A stretch of 64,000 nt of DNA, from positions 558,001 to 622,000 of the forward strand of contig NW_019028979.1 of the NCBI RefSeq assembly GCF_002105155.1, in the 5' to 3' direction. Below, piece by piece: positions 23,327 through 36,397 of the stretch (position 1 is its first letter; each line of letters opens with the position of its first letter). Source of the DNA: Lobosporangium transversale. Taxonomy: Eukaryota. The translations under genes and the position numbers were made by a program. Under the pieces are notes generated by a model. The model made no database searches. It saw only the letters and a program-made list of their open reading frames with translations, and had not been told where the DNA came from.

Positions 23327-24640
23327 TTACGTCTTCTTGTGCCAGACCAACTTGAAACCATCAGTCGCCTCTGGATCGACATACTTTGCCAGACCCAGAG
23401 TCTTAAAACGTTGGTCAATCAAAAGCCCTTTGCATAGCTCCGCAATGACGAGTACTTGAAGATTTGGGCAGAAGAGCAGAGCCTCAAAGAATCGACTTGT
23501 CGTCGCTCCAGGAGCCACCAAGTGCAGCTGCTCTAGTCGCTTACAGCTTTTGGCTAATGCAATCAGTGACTCTTGACGGTAAGTCATCCCGCTTTGAGCT
23601 GATCCAGCACGGGGCAAGATTAGGTTGCGCAAATAACGAAGTTTGGATAAGGTCTGGAATGATACATCCGAGATCTGGTTGGCATCCAACAGTGAGATGT
23701 ATTGAAGGCGTAGGCAGTTCGAGGTCAACTCAAGGATAACCTCGTCATTGATCTTGGGTGCTGTAGTCTCAATCCACGAAACGTTCAAATGGCGCAGATT
23801 AGGACAATGCCTTGCAAACTCAATCATCTCGGCTGCTCCTAGACACTCATCCGAATCCAGAAGGACCAATTTTGTGAGAGCCTTTCCACAAGTCCGTGCC
23901 AACTGTTGGAATGTCTCCTCCGGAATGTTTTTGCAGCGCTTGAGAACCAACTCTGTCAGTGGATTTGTATCCGTAGCAAACATGTGCAATGGATGCCCAT
24001 TTCCGACCGGCAAGATAGGACAGATATAATTCGTGAGTGTCAAGATGAATAACCGACGACAGGACTCTGCTAAAGCGTTCCAGGGAATGAGACCTTCTTC
24101 GTTTTCAGTCGAAATCTGGCGTCCAGTGGCAAAAACCAGTGTCAGATCGCGAAGTCGCTTGCAACAATGCTCTGACAAAGCAAGGATGACATCGGGGGTG
24201 ATCCAGTTGATGACAAACTGACCATTTTGCTTATCAACGACATCATGCGAGTCAATAATCTCAATCCGTTTGACAAATTCTCCATATTCATGTGTAGATG
24301 AAAAGTCGGCATTTTCGGTCAACTGCAAAAAGACATTGAGTTCCTCGCCTGCCTTCCAACCATGAAAGGAACGTTCCTGCCAAAGGAGAGGCGACGCGAT
24401 GGCATTCCAAGTCTTACAGACTAACGTGAGTGGCCTCAGATGGTGATAGAGGGTATGTGTTCGGTGATTAAGGTAGTCGTAATGTTGGACAGCCAGAAAA
24501 GAAAAGATGTGTCGGAGCAGGTATGGATCGAGCGAGTGAATGCCTACAGGACGATTTACATTATCGCCTTGACCTGATGGACTTTTGTCAAGGATAGTTG
24601 AATCAATGGCGGCAACGTCCGTAAGACCGCCTTGGTCCAC
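23327..24640 (-). CDS. F-box / RNI-like leucine-rich repeat protein (5' and 3' ends uncertain)
   Basis: SLDPYLLRHIFSFL..LTLVCKTWNAIASPLLW F-box followed by cysteine-containing LRRs (CPNLRHLNVSW, CLRLQYISL, CKRLEQLHL). Confidence 0.8.
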   Translation of the reverse strand: MDQGGLTDVAAIDSTILDKSPSGQGDNVNRPVGIHSLDPYLLRHIFSFLAVQHYDYLNHRTHTLYHHLRPLTLVCKTWNAIASPLLWQERSFHGWKAGEELNVFLQLTENADFSSTHEYGEFVKRIEIIDSHDVVDKQNGQFVINWITPDVILALSEHCCKRLRDLTLVFATGRQISTENEEGLIPWNALAESCRRLFILTLTNYICPILPVGNGHPLHMFATDTNPLTELVLKRCKNIPEETFQQLARTCGKALTKLVLLDSDECLGAAEMIEFARHCPNLRHLNVSWIETTAPKINDEVILELTSNCLRLQYISLLDANQISDVSFQTLSKLRYLRNLILPRAGSAQSGMTYRQESLIALAKSCKRLEQLHLVAPGATTSRFFEALLFCPNLQVLVIAELCKGLLIDQRFKTLGLAKYVDPEATDGFKLVWHKKT

Positions 24641-25682
24641 ATCCTTGTGTGTGCTGTCGAGTGACTCCAGGTCGAAAAAAGTGATGCTGGAAATAGTAGG
24701 TAGAATGCCTTGCGATGCTGTTTGCTCGTTGCAATTGGGGCGTAAAAGATTTTAAAAAAAAGTCGATTGAATGTTTAATTATTTCCTCACACAGAAGCGA
24801 CCTTTTCAAGTTGAAATCCTTGTTACTAGATCGGATTCCAGGCGCATTTAAAGAAAAGGAGACAATCGAGAATGTTCCTGCGAGTCTAAAAAGTATTTGC
24901 CAGGTTAAATTGGTAAGATGAGACATGAATATTGAATTGTTATAGGCTGTGACTCCTAGTCATTAAACTTTTGCTTCTATTACACATATAATGTGATGAT
25001 GTCTATGCCTTCTTTCATTTTATGAATCAATGTGTTTTTTTTTTTTTTAACATGATAGAATCTGATAACATGTTACTGTATGTGAATGGCAAGCTAAAAA
25101 AAATTACCTTTTGTAATTGCTTTTATTAGCGTTCTGTTGCTATTGCTGATTGTCCCTGCGCAGAGTGTGTCAGAAAAGTGCTGTAGAGATTATAAAGAGC
25201 CTAAGACTTAGAAAGAATAAAGAAAAGAAGAAGAAAGAAGAAAGAAGAAAGAAAGAAGGAAAAGGTCAGAAAAGCACGAGACATACACTCCAACACAGCA
25301 CGCAAAAAATGGGGCGTAACAACTCGTGAGAGTAAAATGTCATTAGGTTTTTTATTAATGTAAACTTTGTAAACTACAAATAATAAGTAAGAATATATTG
25401 CGAACTCAGCCTAGTCTAATTGTTGGCTTCTTGTGCCTTCCTCCATCTCGCATTGACCGCACTTTTGGGCAAAGACAATCTTTCTTCATTCTTCCTCGAC
25501 ATCTCTTTCTTCCTTCACTCTCGCTTTCATACTTTTCTACCTCGCTCTTGTTGCTCTTCGTCTTCTTCCTACACTATCCTATCTCTCTCCCTCTTTTTTT
25601 TTTTATTCTACTCCTCCTTCTGGGAGCAAGACAGTGGGATTCCTGATTAACACGACCTAACGGCTCCTTTCTTCTTTTCCCA

Positions 25683-28600
25683 ATGACAAGCTCATCTCCA
25701 CGCTCCTTCACCTTCTCTGCCTCAAGTGGCACTCCTACTCCTACCACCCCAACCTTTGACATCTATTCATACTCTAATGCTACATCCTTTTATGAGATCC
25801 TACGTCAGTGGGACGATGAAGGCATTGCTTTATGGCTTCATGACAACAAGATGAGCCACTATGACCGTCTGTTTGTTGGTAAGAGAAAAAAACACAGAAT
25901 TGCTTGATGTTAATGGATGGATGAAAAAGTGGACGTCCATCAGATTTTGTTCCATGCTATGCTGCAATGCAGTTTGTCAGTTTATTATATTGTATTACAA
26001 CGTAGTTGATGTTCCTTTTCTTCCTCTTGTTTAATTTTACTCATGGCTAATTATTGTCTTATCTTCCTCTACCCCTTGCAGAGCACTGCGTCCGAGGGGC
26101 AGCACTATTAGAACTCGATCATTATGCACTCAAGGAGATGGGTATCACGTCACTTGCTGACAGGATTAGGATACTCACCGCTGTCAAATCTCTGCGTATC
26201 CGCTGCCTCACCACCCATCCTCAGTCTAACGGTAGTTTTAATAGCAACACTAACGGCAACGGCTTCCTTCATACTTCAAATAAGGTGAATAGCTCTTACA
26301 AAATTAAAATCTCGTTACAGGGTAGAACGATATCCAGAAGAAAAAAAAAAGAGATTATATTATTTGAAAACACCATGTCTAAATCCTGGATTAACCCACC
26401 TCATTCCTGCTGGCTCCTCCTCCTTCCGCCTATTCTTTTCCTCTGATATGTAGGAAAAGTTGGAGGTGCCTTCCATGAACAAGAAAGAGTCGTTGGGACT
26501 AGGTCTTGGTGGCGATGGGTCTCTTCTAAAATCCTTAAAGAGGTCTGGCTCTTCCAAGACCCTAAACCTAAAGCGTGCCAACTCAAAAAATCTCGGCCGC
26601 TCCAACTCAAAGAAGCAGACCCATTTTGAAGAGCCTACCTCACCCAGGACGCCTGTAAGTCATGGACGGCACAACAGCATCCTATAAAGAAAAAGGGGAA
26701 AAATGAAAAGACTTTGGACTCACCCAATTACTGCTTACTGATTTTTTTTTTTTTTTTTTTTTTTTTTTGATCTTTTTATAGAGATCTTCACATGAAGGAG
26801 GCATTATGTCGCTAGAGGTCGTTAAACATGTACGTAGTATGAATTGTGAAGTAATATGACATTGTGCTTATAACCGATAAATCTGGAAGCTAATAGCTAA
26901 TATGCTTTTATTTTGCTCTTCATACAGCGATGCATCAGAGTATTTGACGATGGAGGCCAATCCAGGATTGTAAATGTGCAAGATGTCACCGATGCTCAGG
27001 CTGTTTATACCCGTGTTTTGCATAAATTCAATATTACCGATGAGATGGAAAAGTATTCCATTTTTACTCTGTCAGGCGACACAGGCGATGGTATCTTGTC
27101 ATCAGAGGGTTTCTTTTTTACGGAGCAAGCCAGAGGGATAAAGTCTAAGATCACCATATCTAAATCGATATATTTATTTCTTCACATATATATTTAGCTC
27201 GAAGTCTTGCCGATGATGAGTTATTAAACATCTGCAGAAGCCTTGATCGCCCCGAGAAAGAAAGACTCATTCTGCGTAAGAAGCATCAGCCCGTCAGTCA
27301 CGACATCCTTAAGAGGCGAGGAACTACCAAAAGAACTGGGATGGGTCCAACAGGAGACCAATCCTCTCCGACCGCAAACTCTTTCAAAGAATCGACTCGT
27401 ATGCAGACATTCTTTGGCCAGCGTCCGCCAGACGAGATTATTGAGAGCAATTTAGCTGAATATTTTCCAGGTCATCGCAAGGAACTCTTACGTGAAGTCA
27501 GCAATGTACGCAGCTCGCTTCTTTTCAGGAACTCTCAATTTATGAGTCGCAACTCCTATATAAGCCGCAACTCCTTTATACCCCGTCATTCATATTTGAT
27601 TGAACCTGGTGCAGCCGATGTACTCTCTCAGTCTCTTGCACATCTATCTCTTCAGGAGGCTGACGAAGCAGCTGAAGCTGAAGCATCATCAACTGCTGTC
27701 AGTGCAAGACCAACGCACGGCATCCAGGAGCATGAGGCAAGACAGGAGAATTCAGCAGAGTCCAGACACGACTCTACCTTCAAAGATGTCTCAAAAACAG
27801 GAGATCAATATGATCAGGGTGATAAAGTACAAGTGGAAGAAAAGCAAAACCACGAAGATGATGAGGCAATTGGCGATGATCAGGATCCACAGGGCACAGT
27901 GATCCCAGGCGTGGTCGTCTCAGAACACTCGAGCGAAACGGATCTCGCCTCCAAGCAAATCGCAGAGGCGCGTATGTCGCGTGTCTCTCTCGCTAGCCAG
28001 CGATATCACAATTCCACAATGTCTGAAATTGTGGCTAGACCACGACAACCAAATCCTTTCGGTCCAAAACAGCGGGGAGCATCAGAGGGGGGCTTACCAA
28101 GAGACGCCGGACTTATTCCTTTAGAGAACGACTACTCATGGTGGATTCGCGGAAAGTTTATTGGCGTTGGATCCTTCGGACGTGTCTCATTAGGCTGGCA
28201 TCGACAACTAGGCACCTTTATGGCAGTGAAGCAGGTCGAATTACCTGTCAACAATTCAGTCAAGGAGGATAAGCAAAAGACGCTGGTCGAAGCTCTAGAG
28301 CGTGAGATCGATCTACTCAAGGAATTACATCATGAACGAATTGTGCAGTATATTGGCTCAGACATTGAAAAGGGCCACATCAATATTTTCTTAGAATATG
28401 TTCCTGGTGGTTCTATTGCGACATTATTAGCGAACTATGGTCCATTCTCTGAAATCCTGGTACGGTCGTTTGTAAAACAGATCTTGGAGGGATTAGACTA
28501 TCTTCATGAGTGTGACATTATTCATCGCGACATCAAGGGAGCCAACATTTTAGTTGATAACAAAGCTTGTATAAAGATCTCGGACTTTGGAATCTCCAAG

Positions 28601-29165
28601 AAAGTCGAAGATCGTAAGTACCAACGTTTTTATGTTTTAATGACGCTGATATATGGATTCGTTAAATCGTGTATTAAAATACATATTGCAACTCGGTATA
28701 AAAAAAATTTAATAGATCTTAAATCCATCAATGTCAAGTCTTCTCGACCATCTCTTCAGGGTTCTACCTTCTGGATGGCGCCTGAAGTTGTAAAGCAGAT
28801 TGAGACCACTTACAAGGCCGATATCTGGAGCTTGGGTTGTTTAGTTGTAGAGATGTTTACTGGTACCCATCCATTCCCACAGTTTTCACAGATGCAAGCG
28901 CTCTTTCAGATTGGCTCCAACTGCACTCCTGATATTCCGGAGGATATTTCAGATGATGCAAAAGACTTCTTATCAAGGACTTTTGAAGTGTAAGTTATAG
29001 CTTTTATCGATCTTTATTGGTCGGCAATATTCTGTAAACTGAAAGATACTGACCTTTCTTTTTTTCTTTTTTTTCTTCCTAATCAATAATATTAAAAAAA
29101 GGGATTACCATGTTCGGCCGTCTGCACAGATCCTCTTGGGGCACTTATTCATCCAGCAGTTGTAA
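25683..29165 (+). CDS. STE11: Ste11/Byr2-like MAP kinase kinase kinase (SAM + RA-like + kinase), multi-exon
   Basis: [55 protein letters not shown]; kinase [45 protein letters not shown]; final exon ends at TAA 29165. Confidence 0.9.
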
Positions 29166-29296
29166 TTTTAGACACAAAATAAAGATCTCGTGGGCGTTGC
29201 TTTAGGCAATTACATAATTCCAAAACGTCGTCTTGTTCCACAAAATTGGGCATCATTGAAAAAGCAACCAATGCAGACAATTGCTACGAACCATCT

Positions 29297-30952
29297 ATGA
29301 ATTCCGATGCAAAGACTAAAATTAAAATGACAGAGATGCACACGTCCTTCCGATTCAGCGACTTACCCTGCGAGGTTCAGCTACAAGTGATACAAGCCTT
29401 ACAAGATATAACGACTGAAAGAGAGTTGCTTCAGCTTCGTTTAGTTTCATCACAAATGAATACCCTGATACTGGACCCCACATTCTGGCACACGATTACA
29501 TTTTCAAAGCAACGGTACTTCAAAACTGGGACTGGACATGGTAGTAATATAGGGCTTTCTCAGAATCGAGCAGGCGAGACAGGCAGGCATATGTCCATGA
29601 GCGCACTGCAGCCAAACTTTTTCCATAGTTCAGACGCCAATATCATAATTCATCGACAGTCTTGGGCAGCGACTATGTTAGGCTCATCGTCATCACTCTC
29701 CTCCTCTCTATCATCATCAAGTCACCCATCGTCAACAGAAAATGAGCGGGGGAGAGCAGAAGGTATAGATTTTGACGCAGGTCATCCAACTCAACCATCA
29801 TTATCAATTACGGCTAATATACCGAGTTTCATTTACAATGAACCACTGCGGAGTGTCGAAGTCGAATCAACTCCACAAAGACAATCCCAGCATTCCTGGA
29901 GGAGCATTGGGGACTCCTTTCTTATGTTCATATCACGACTTGCCTCTCAACCACAGACAGCAGCATATGGCATTCGGGAACTCTCTATTGAGGAGTGGGA
30001 AAATGATATCTCCATGAAGGCGCTTTGGACGACATTAGCCCAGTTTAACTCATTGCGCAGCCTTTCTGTCAAGAAATCTGCTCTCCAGTGTTTATCACTA
30101 ATATCTACTCCAGTCTTTGCTTCATTATCAGCACCAATACCGATACCGGCAGAGGAATATGAGAGTCTGCCAAGGTTATCCGTAGGTTTAACACCGTTTT
30201 TTTCCTGGGAGCATTTAACACGTCTTGAACTTAAAGACTGTGTAGGCCTAGTTGATCTTTCTGGGATTCTAGAGTTAATGCCTCGACTTGAGGATTTGAA
30301 CCTGGATGGATGTACTGGGTTGATAGATTTTTCACCTCTTGTGCGCGTTTCTTCCGCCAGACGCCATCATACTCATTCGTCACAGATACGACAAGATACA
30401 CAAGACGATATCAATGTGTCGCTGTCATTCAAAACCATCAATCTGACACAGACAAAGATTCGTGACCACGAGTTGATTGAACTTTTGAGAGTATCGCCTT
30501 ATTTACGAGAGTTACGATTGGATCAATGCTATCGGTTGACAGATGCATCATTAATGGGGATCGGTTATAGAGACACATCTTCAATCATGGAATCATCGCA
30601 AGCTGAAGTATTAGAGTCGAATCAAGATCCGAACTTGGAGAATCATGAACAATATCAACATGGTGCTGCAACTCCGCTTCCATTTCCACCTCCGCAGAGG
30701 ATAACAAAATATCGTGACACATCCACATCCTTTTGTCCAAATCTACAGATACTATCACTCAAAAATTGTTGTGATTTAACAGACGATGGCGTGCGGGCTT
30801 TGGCAGGCTGTCATCAACTCGAGCTTCTCATCATTCGGGGACTTCGAAATGTTCGTGAAGAGACAATCGAGTGGTTGCATTCACAGGGCGTGCCTTTACG
30901 TAAGGCATTAGATCCATTAGGCCATTGGCGACATTGGCAGGAACAGAAGTGA
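29297..30952 (+). CDS. F-box / LRR protein (start at 29297 or 29327)
   Basis: FSDLPCEVQLQVIQAL..LRLVSSQMNTLILDPTFW F-box; C-terminal LRRs LRLDQCYRLTD and LSLKNCCDLTDDGV. Confidence 0.82.
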   Translation: MNSDAKTKIKMTEMHTSFRFSDLPCEVQLQVIQALQDITTERELLQLRLVSSQMNTLILDPTFWHTITFSKQRYFKTGTGHGSNIGLSQNRAGETGRHMSMSALQPNFFHSSDANIIIHRQSWAATMLGSSSSLSSSLSSSSHPSSTENERGRAEGIDFDAGHPTQPSLSITANIPSFIYNEPLRSVEVESTPQRQSQHSWRSIGDSFLMFISRLASQPQTAAYGIRELSIEEWENDISMKALWTTLAQFNSLRSLSVKKSALQCLSLISTPVFASLSAPIPIPAEEYESLPRLSVGLTPFFSWEHLTRLELKDCVGLVDLSGILELMPRLEDLNLDGCTGLIDFSPLVRVSSARRHHTHSSQIRQDTQDDINVSLSFKTINLTQTKIRDHELIELLRVSPYLRELRLDQCYRLTDASLMGIGYRDTSSIMESSQAEVLESNQDPNLENHEQYQHGAATPLPFPPPQRITKYRDTSTSFCPNLQILSLKNCCDLTDDGVRALAGCHQLELLIIRGLRNVREETIEWLHSQGVPLRKALDPLGHWRHWQEQK

Positions 30953-31265
30953 GACACAGGGAAAATGAGATAAAAATAAAAATAAAAATAAAAAAATAAA
31001 AAAAAAATCTGGACCAGTGGATTTATTTAAATAATAAAAACAGCTTTGGACCAATCGTTTCATTAAGGATTGCCTGGTTTTTGATGATAGAATAATATTA
31101 CATCTGTCGTTGTGAAGGCTTTTTATCCTTTGTATCTCAATTGCCTTTGACTAATTCTTTCGTTTTCCAAAATATTGATTAGATAAGTAACCTTTGTACA
31201 AAAAATAATAAATCCTGTACGAGCATCCTGACTTCTCTTTTTTCCCTTTCTGTTTCTCCCCTTTC

Positions 31266-32320
31266 CTACTTATTATCATCATCGCTATTATTTTCACCCA
31301 AAAGATCAAAGGGGTTGGCGATGGCAGGTTTGGAAATCTCTTGGATTGTTGGGCCAAACCTCGCTGGCTCCTGCTGCTGTTGCAGTTTAGCCGCTTCACG
31401 CGCCCTCCATCCGCCTGAAGCGCCACCAAAGAGTGGAGGGCGTACAGGAGCCGGAGGTGATGAACCTTCCTTTTGATTCGAACGCTTCATGATGGCAAAC
31501 CCTTCGCTGTCCATTTCCAAAGCTCTGTTTTGGTGATGATTATTATCGCGTGGTCCTCTCCGTTGCTGGTGTTGGGCTGTCTTACGAGCACGATAAGCCT
31601 CCTCGTCACGGTGGTACTGAGTCTTGAAGTAATAGTCGTCCTTTTGCCAACGAGGGGCTTGCAGGTTTTCGGGTTTTGTTACTGCCTGCAAACGCTCCAT
31701 GATTTCTTTAACAGCTTCATCTGAGTACTCGGGTGTGAGTTGAGGCTCGAGACGCAAAATCCTGGAGAAGCCCTCAAAGTAAGTGGGCAAAGTCATCATC
31801 TCCAAAAATTTGTAGAGAATATCAACGCCATGAAATCCTTCAACTTGGGTAGGATGGTCAGCTCTAGCAAGGATACGTTGCTTACAGTGATAAAACTGTG
31901 TATCCATGATAATGACATTCACTTCGGATACATTTAATTGTTTTGCAATCTCGAGCCAGACCTTGCGCTGACTCTGATTAAAATTACAGCGATCAATGAT
32001 CACAGATTGGGTTCTGTTATTGGCCTGAAGCGCACTCATAGTCATTTCCTCACAAGTGATTCTGTCGCCGAGATCGTCCTGATTAATGCGGACGTACTCC
32101 TAGAATTTTCCATATGGAACGAGCAAAATAAAAGCTAGAAGGTTAATTCCGTTCAAGGGAAAAGAAAAAATGGATAAGAAAATTGCGTTTGCCAAGGAAG
32201 CGTTTTTAATGCTGCTCTCTTTACAGGGAAAACCTTGGTTAAAGCTTTTGCAAAGGTCGACTTCCCCGAACCCGGGGGTCCTACGAGGATAAGAACCCTT
32301 TGCACCATAGTTGAAGACAT
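31266..32320 (-). CDS. P-loop kinase-like protein (AAA_33 / polynucleotide kinase-like), 2 exons
   Basis: Exon 1 MSSTMVQRVLILVGPPGSGKSTFAKAL (Walker A); exon 2 RINQDDLG..VIIDRCNFNQSQRKVW..RADHPT. Confidence 0.82.
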
Positions 32321-32950
32321 TAGTGATTAAAGGTTGGAATGAATGAGGAGAAAAAAAAAAAAAAAAAGCAATAACAAGTGTAATGTCACGTGATAAACAT
32401 ATGGAGCTTGTTTTTTAGATGGTAGTTGTAAAAACAGTATTTTCTCACATTAGAATATACAAAGTAGACATACATGCCACACAGTGCCACAGATCCTGGT
32501 GCTCCTCTTCTCGTTAGCCACTCTGCCACTTTGTACTATCCCTTGATCTGTTACAAGTTGAAAATAGTTCAAAAATTCATGGGCAGAACATAGGTATTGT
32601 GATACTTCGAGAATATGAACACTATGGTTGTTTCACTTACAAACTTGTGAAGGGATTCATTGTTGTCTCGAACGCTTCACATATGCTATTGAGGAAATCT
32701 CTCACAGTCCTTGTGGTGCCACGGTTAATTTGAGCTTCTCGAATCGCATTTGAGATGACATATGTGCAAGACACACCCCACCAGCATTTTGGGCACCAAT
32801 ACACATCTACGGTAATATTTTAACCCTGGCAGGGTGGATTCCAAGAAACTGGTGCAATTGGTAGGGTGGCGACGTATACTATTGGAATATTTATAAATGC
32901 CAACCGCTCCATATCCTAGCGCTTCGCCTAGTACTGTTGCGGACGATTTT

Positions 32951-32984
<34 letters not shown>

Positions 32985-33239
32985 CTCGAACAGAAAGCAT
33001 TTTTTGGATCGGTATAGAGACTTACTCGGCAACATACCTCCAGCAAAAAAGAAATCAGGAAGAGATAGAAAATAATAGGGGTAGGTAGTGGTATTTTGGT
33101 TATCTTCAGCTTGGGGTAGAAGGAGTGAAAAAGTAGTGAAAGTTGGTAGATGCGCAGAGGAGCGGAGGCAAGGGAAAGATGCACCTAGTGCATCATGTTA
33201 TATGGTTTTTGCTGATTTTTTTAGCGACTGATTTTTACT

Positions 33240-34088
33240 GATTGTTTTTACTTCCTTGGCATGCACTCACTAGCGCTAGCGTCAGTACATGAATGCATTG
33301 CATCCTACACACCATAAGTGTGGCCTCGTAAAGGCAACAGGAAGCCAGTAATCGGTTATTTTCTGGTAATAGGAAGCACAGAGAACTGAATCTGGTCTGC
33401 CTATGGGGTTGATGAAAGCTAATTGACAAATTTGTCCGTTTGACGGTCCAAGGGATACAAACCTGATAGATACAAAACATACATTGCTTAGAGGACCTGA
33501 TCCTTCATTCGCCATACTGCAAAGTTCTGGCTTCTTTGTTATTGAAATAACTTCGAATCGCTTTACCAGAAATAACTACCAATCTTATTCTCAATAACTT
33601 CCAAGCCATCAACGTATATGTTGGAGGTTAACTACCGGAAGAATCCTCTTTGCGAAAACGAAGATTCCTGCAACCATTGTCATATTCATCCATATGGTTT
33701 GTGTAAGGTGGTAGGAAGCATCTGTACTCTAACCGATTCCATGATTCATTTCAAAGCTGCGGGGAGCATACACGTAAACGCTGCTCGACTCTACTTCATT
33801 TTCATCCAAGTCAATGATACTACTGTTCCTCAGAAGAGCCTTGCACTCTCATTAATTACCCTCCCTATCTTATCTCCTTTTTTACTTGAAGCTTCCATCA
33901 AATGCTGCCATACTGGTGGACAGCCTCCCTGAAGAAACTGAAGCCGTCGCATGTATTCTCGTCTAAGTCAAGCAGGTTGAAGTGCTCTACTCATCCTTCC
34001 ACTTGATATCATTGAAGAAGTCTATAAGTAGAGTTGATAGAAACTCCTTGATAAATATTAGAATTCTGCTGCCGAAATCACTGGGCTG

Positions 34089-34123
<35 letters not shown>

Positions 34124-35200
34124 GTATAGTGGGCCAGTAAAATTGTGAGCGATGATGATGCTGTAGCTGTAGCTCTTAATACTGATGCCGGCGGTGTGCT
34201 GCTGCTTTGACCGGAGCTTCAACGATGGGAGAATATCTCGCCAGCCACTTCAATGCGTGTGTGTCATGTTCGTGTTTTCAACTGCTTCATGGGATGTGTC
34301 AGGGGACGCGTCGAGCCAATTCTGGCATTGCTCTTTGGAATAAGATTATTGTGTGGCTTGATCTAATACACCTGATCTCCGCAATGAAGTTGGTACAACA
34401 AATTTAAAATCAGAAGAAATATGAGCAAGGCATGTAATGATGGTCTTGGTCATGCAGCTTAAGCGCTATGCTGTATTTCTAGGGAATTGTCTACGTGTAT
34501 TATTGCACTTCAAGCTACATCAGGTTCTTGTTTGATCATCTGGTGATGTAGAAGCACGGTTTGCTTCAGTATCTCGAAGATAAGTATGGAAGATCCTAAA
34601 GAACGAGCCACTAATGATACGGAAGATTATCAGTTTCGCACAAGGGCTGGATAGTATGGGCGTAGCCTGGGAAAGAAAGACGTGTGAGATGTTTAGATAA
34701 ATTGCATTAGTGTATCTGGGATACTGGTTTGAGAAGGACTTGAGTCCTTTTAAACACTGTTCACATGTCGGTGGCCTAGAAGACATTGATTTGCGAGATG
34801 CTTTGCCATAATAAGTGCGAAAGTAGCCAACATCCTCATAAAGTCTTTGATAAACTAATTAAGGTGAAAGGTAAACGGCCGAGTTTCTAGGCTTATCACA
34901 ATTTCTGGATACTTCTAGCATTTCCTCTCACGATTAATGTGCACGTCAAGCCCTCCTACTTCCGGCAAGCAATAGTCATCTGGGACGAAGAAAACTTGAA
35001 TAGATATAAGGGCTTTGTGGAGATCTTTGATCCAAATCCAATTAGAATGAGTAAAGTCCAAGCAACATACTAGTAACGCCATCAAGTTACCAAAGTTCAC
35101 GACAGCAGCACAGACGTTAAAATGTATATTTAGGAATATTATGCTTGTTTTTGACTTGGGGCACAAGACTGATCTCGATATATTGTCGCCTCATTAAACA
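33240..35200 (-). pseudogene. Heavily decayed coding-like relic(s), unidentified
   Basis: Patchy short ORFs of coding-like composition (e.g. IGRPDSVL) with many stops; no intact gene. Confidence 0.2.
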
Positions 35201-36397
35201 CTGTCTATTTGGTGGAGGGATTTGGATGCCCTAGAGTAAAAGAAAAAAAGAACCGTCTTGGCAAAGGCTCTTTCTCTGTACGAAAGGAAGCCATTGGCAT
35301 TTAAAATGGCGCAAGTCTAAAAAACTACAGCTAAGTGTGTGGAGTATGACTAGATCTAGTCATACCTAGGACGCAGCCAAGGTCTGAATATGTCACAGCA
35401 GCACAGCAATTGTGCACAAAGGATTTAATTATAAACAATTAATCTGTCAAGAGGCTTGTCCTTCGTAAATTACATTTAGCCCAACTAGGGTGATCATTTT
35501 TTCTTCTCCACATTTGAAGCATAACATTGTTTAATGATGACTCCAAACTCTCCACGCATATTCAGAACTTCTGTAAGTATAGGAAGGTACGATAACAAAT
35601 GTATACACCTACCACGGAAACTTTTTTGTTTGCAATATTGAGGGTCCATCCTAAAATCGATAACGGAATTCTTTTATCAGGATAGTCATGTTTGGCTGGA
35701 TAAGGAAATTGCTTCCGAAAATGTGGTCCTCTGTGGTTCATGTTATTCATGTGCGTGAAAGAAAACAGAACAGTAAAGTCTGAAGTCAATGAAAAAGAAG
35801 GGATGGATTTGTTATACCCCTCACCACCTTCAAAAAGAAAAAAAAAGAAAAAAAAAAGTTTGCACATGGTATGAATGATGCATGTGTTGCTGACACCATG
35901 ATTATGATTACAACTCCTATCCCTTGCCTTGGTTGCACAGGGCTAAAAAAGAAAAATAAAGACTGTAAATAAGAGCCAGCTTATTAAGAAGGAGGTAATT
36001 ACAGCCACACGCGCAAGCAAACTATTTCATGTGTCAGACGGAGCTTTCTACGACAGCAAGCATATATTCACATCAATACAGGGCCTTTCATTGTCCTTTT
36101 TTTCTTTTCCTTTTTCTTTTCTTTTTCTTTTCTTTTTTTTTCTTATCTCTTCATTCTGCCAGTGCAGAATATCACTCTCCACTCTGCATTCTTCTTACTC
36201 CACTCCCCACTCTTTTTTGCTCACATCTATCCTCGGACGTTACCTATCATCCACCCATCTACCGCGCCTGTCAGTACTGTACATATGCATCTTCTCCCTC
36301 GTTCTGCTTGCCCCTGCTTCAAATCCCCTAAAACACCAACATCTCAGCATTATTAACGACAACGATAAAGAAAGGAAAAAACAAAGACATAAGAGAG

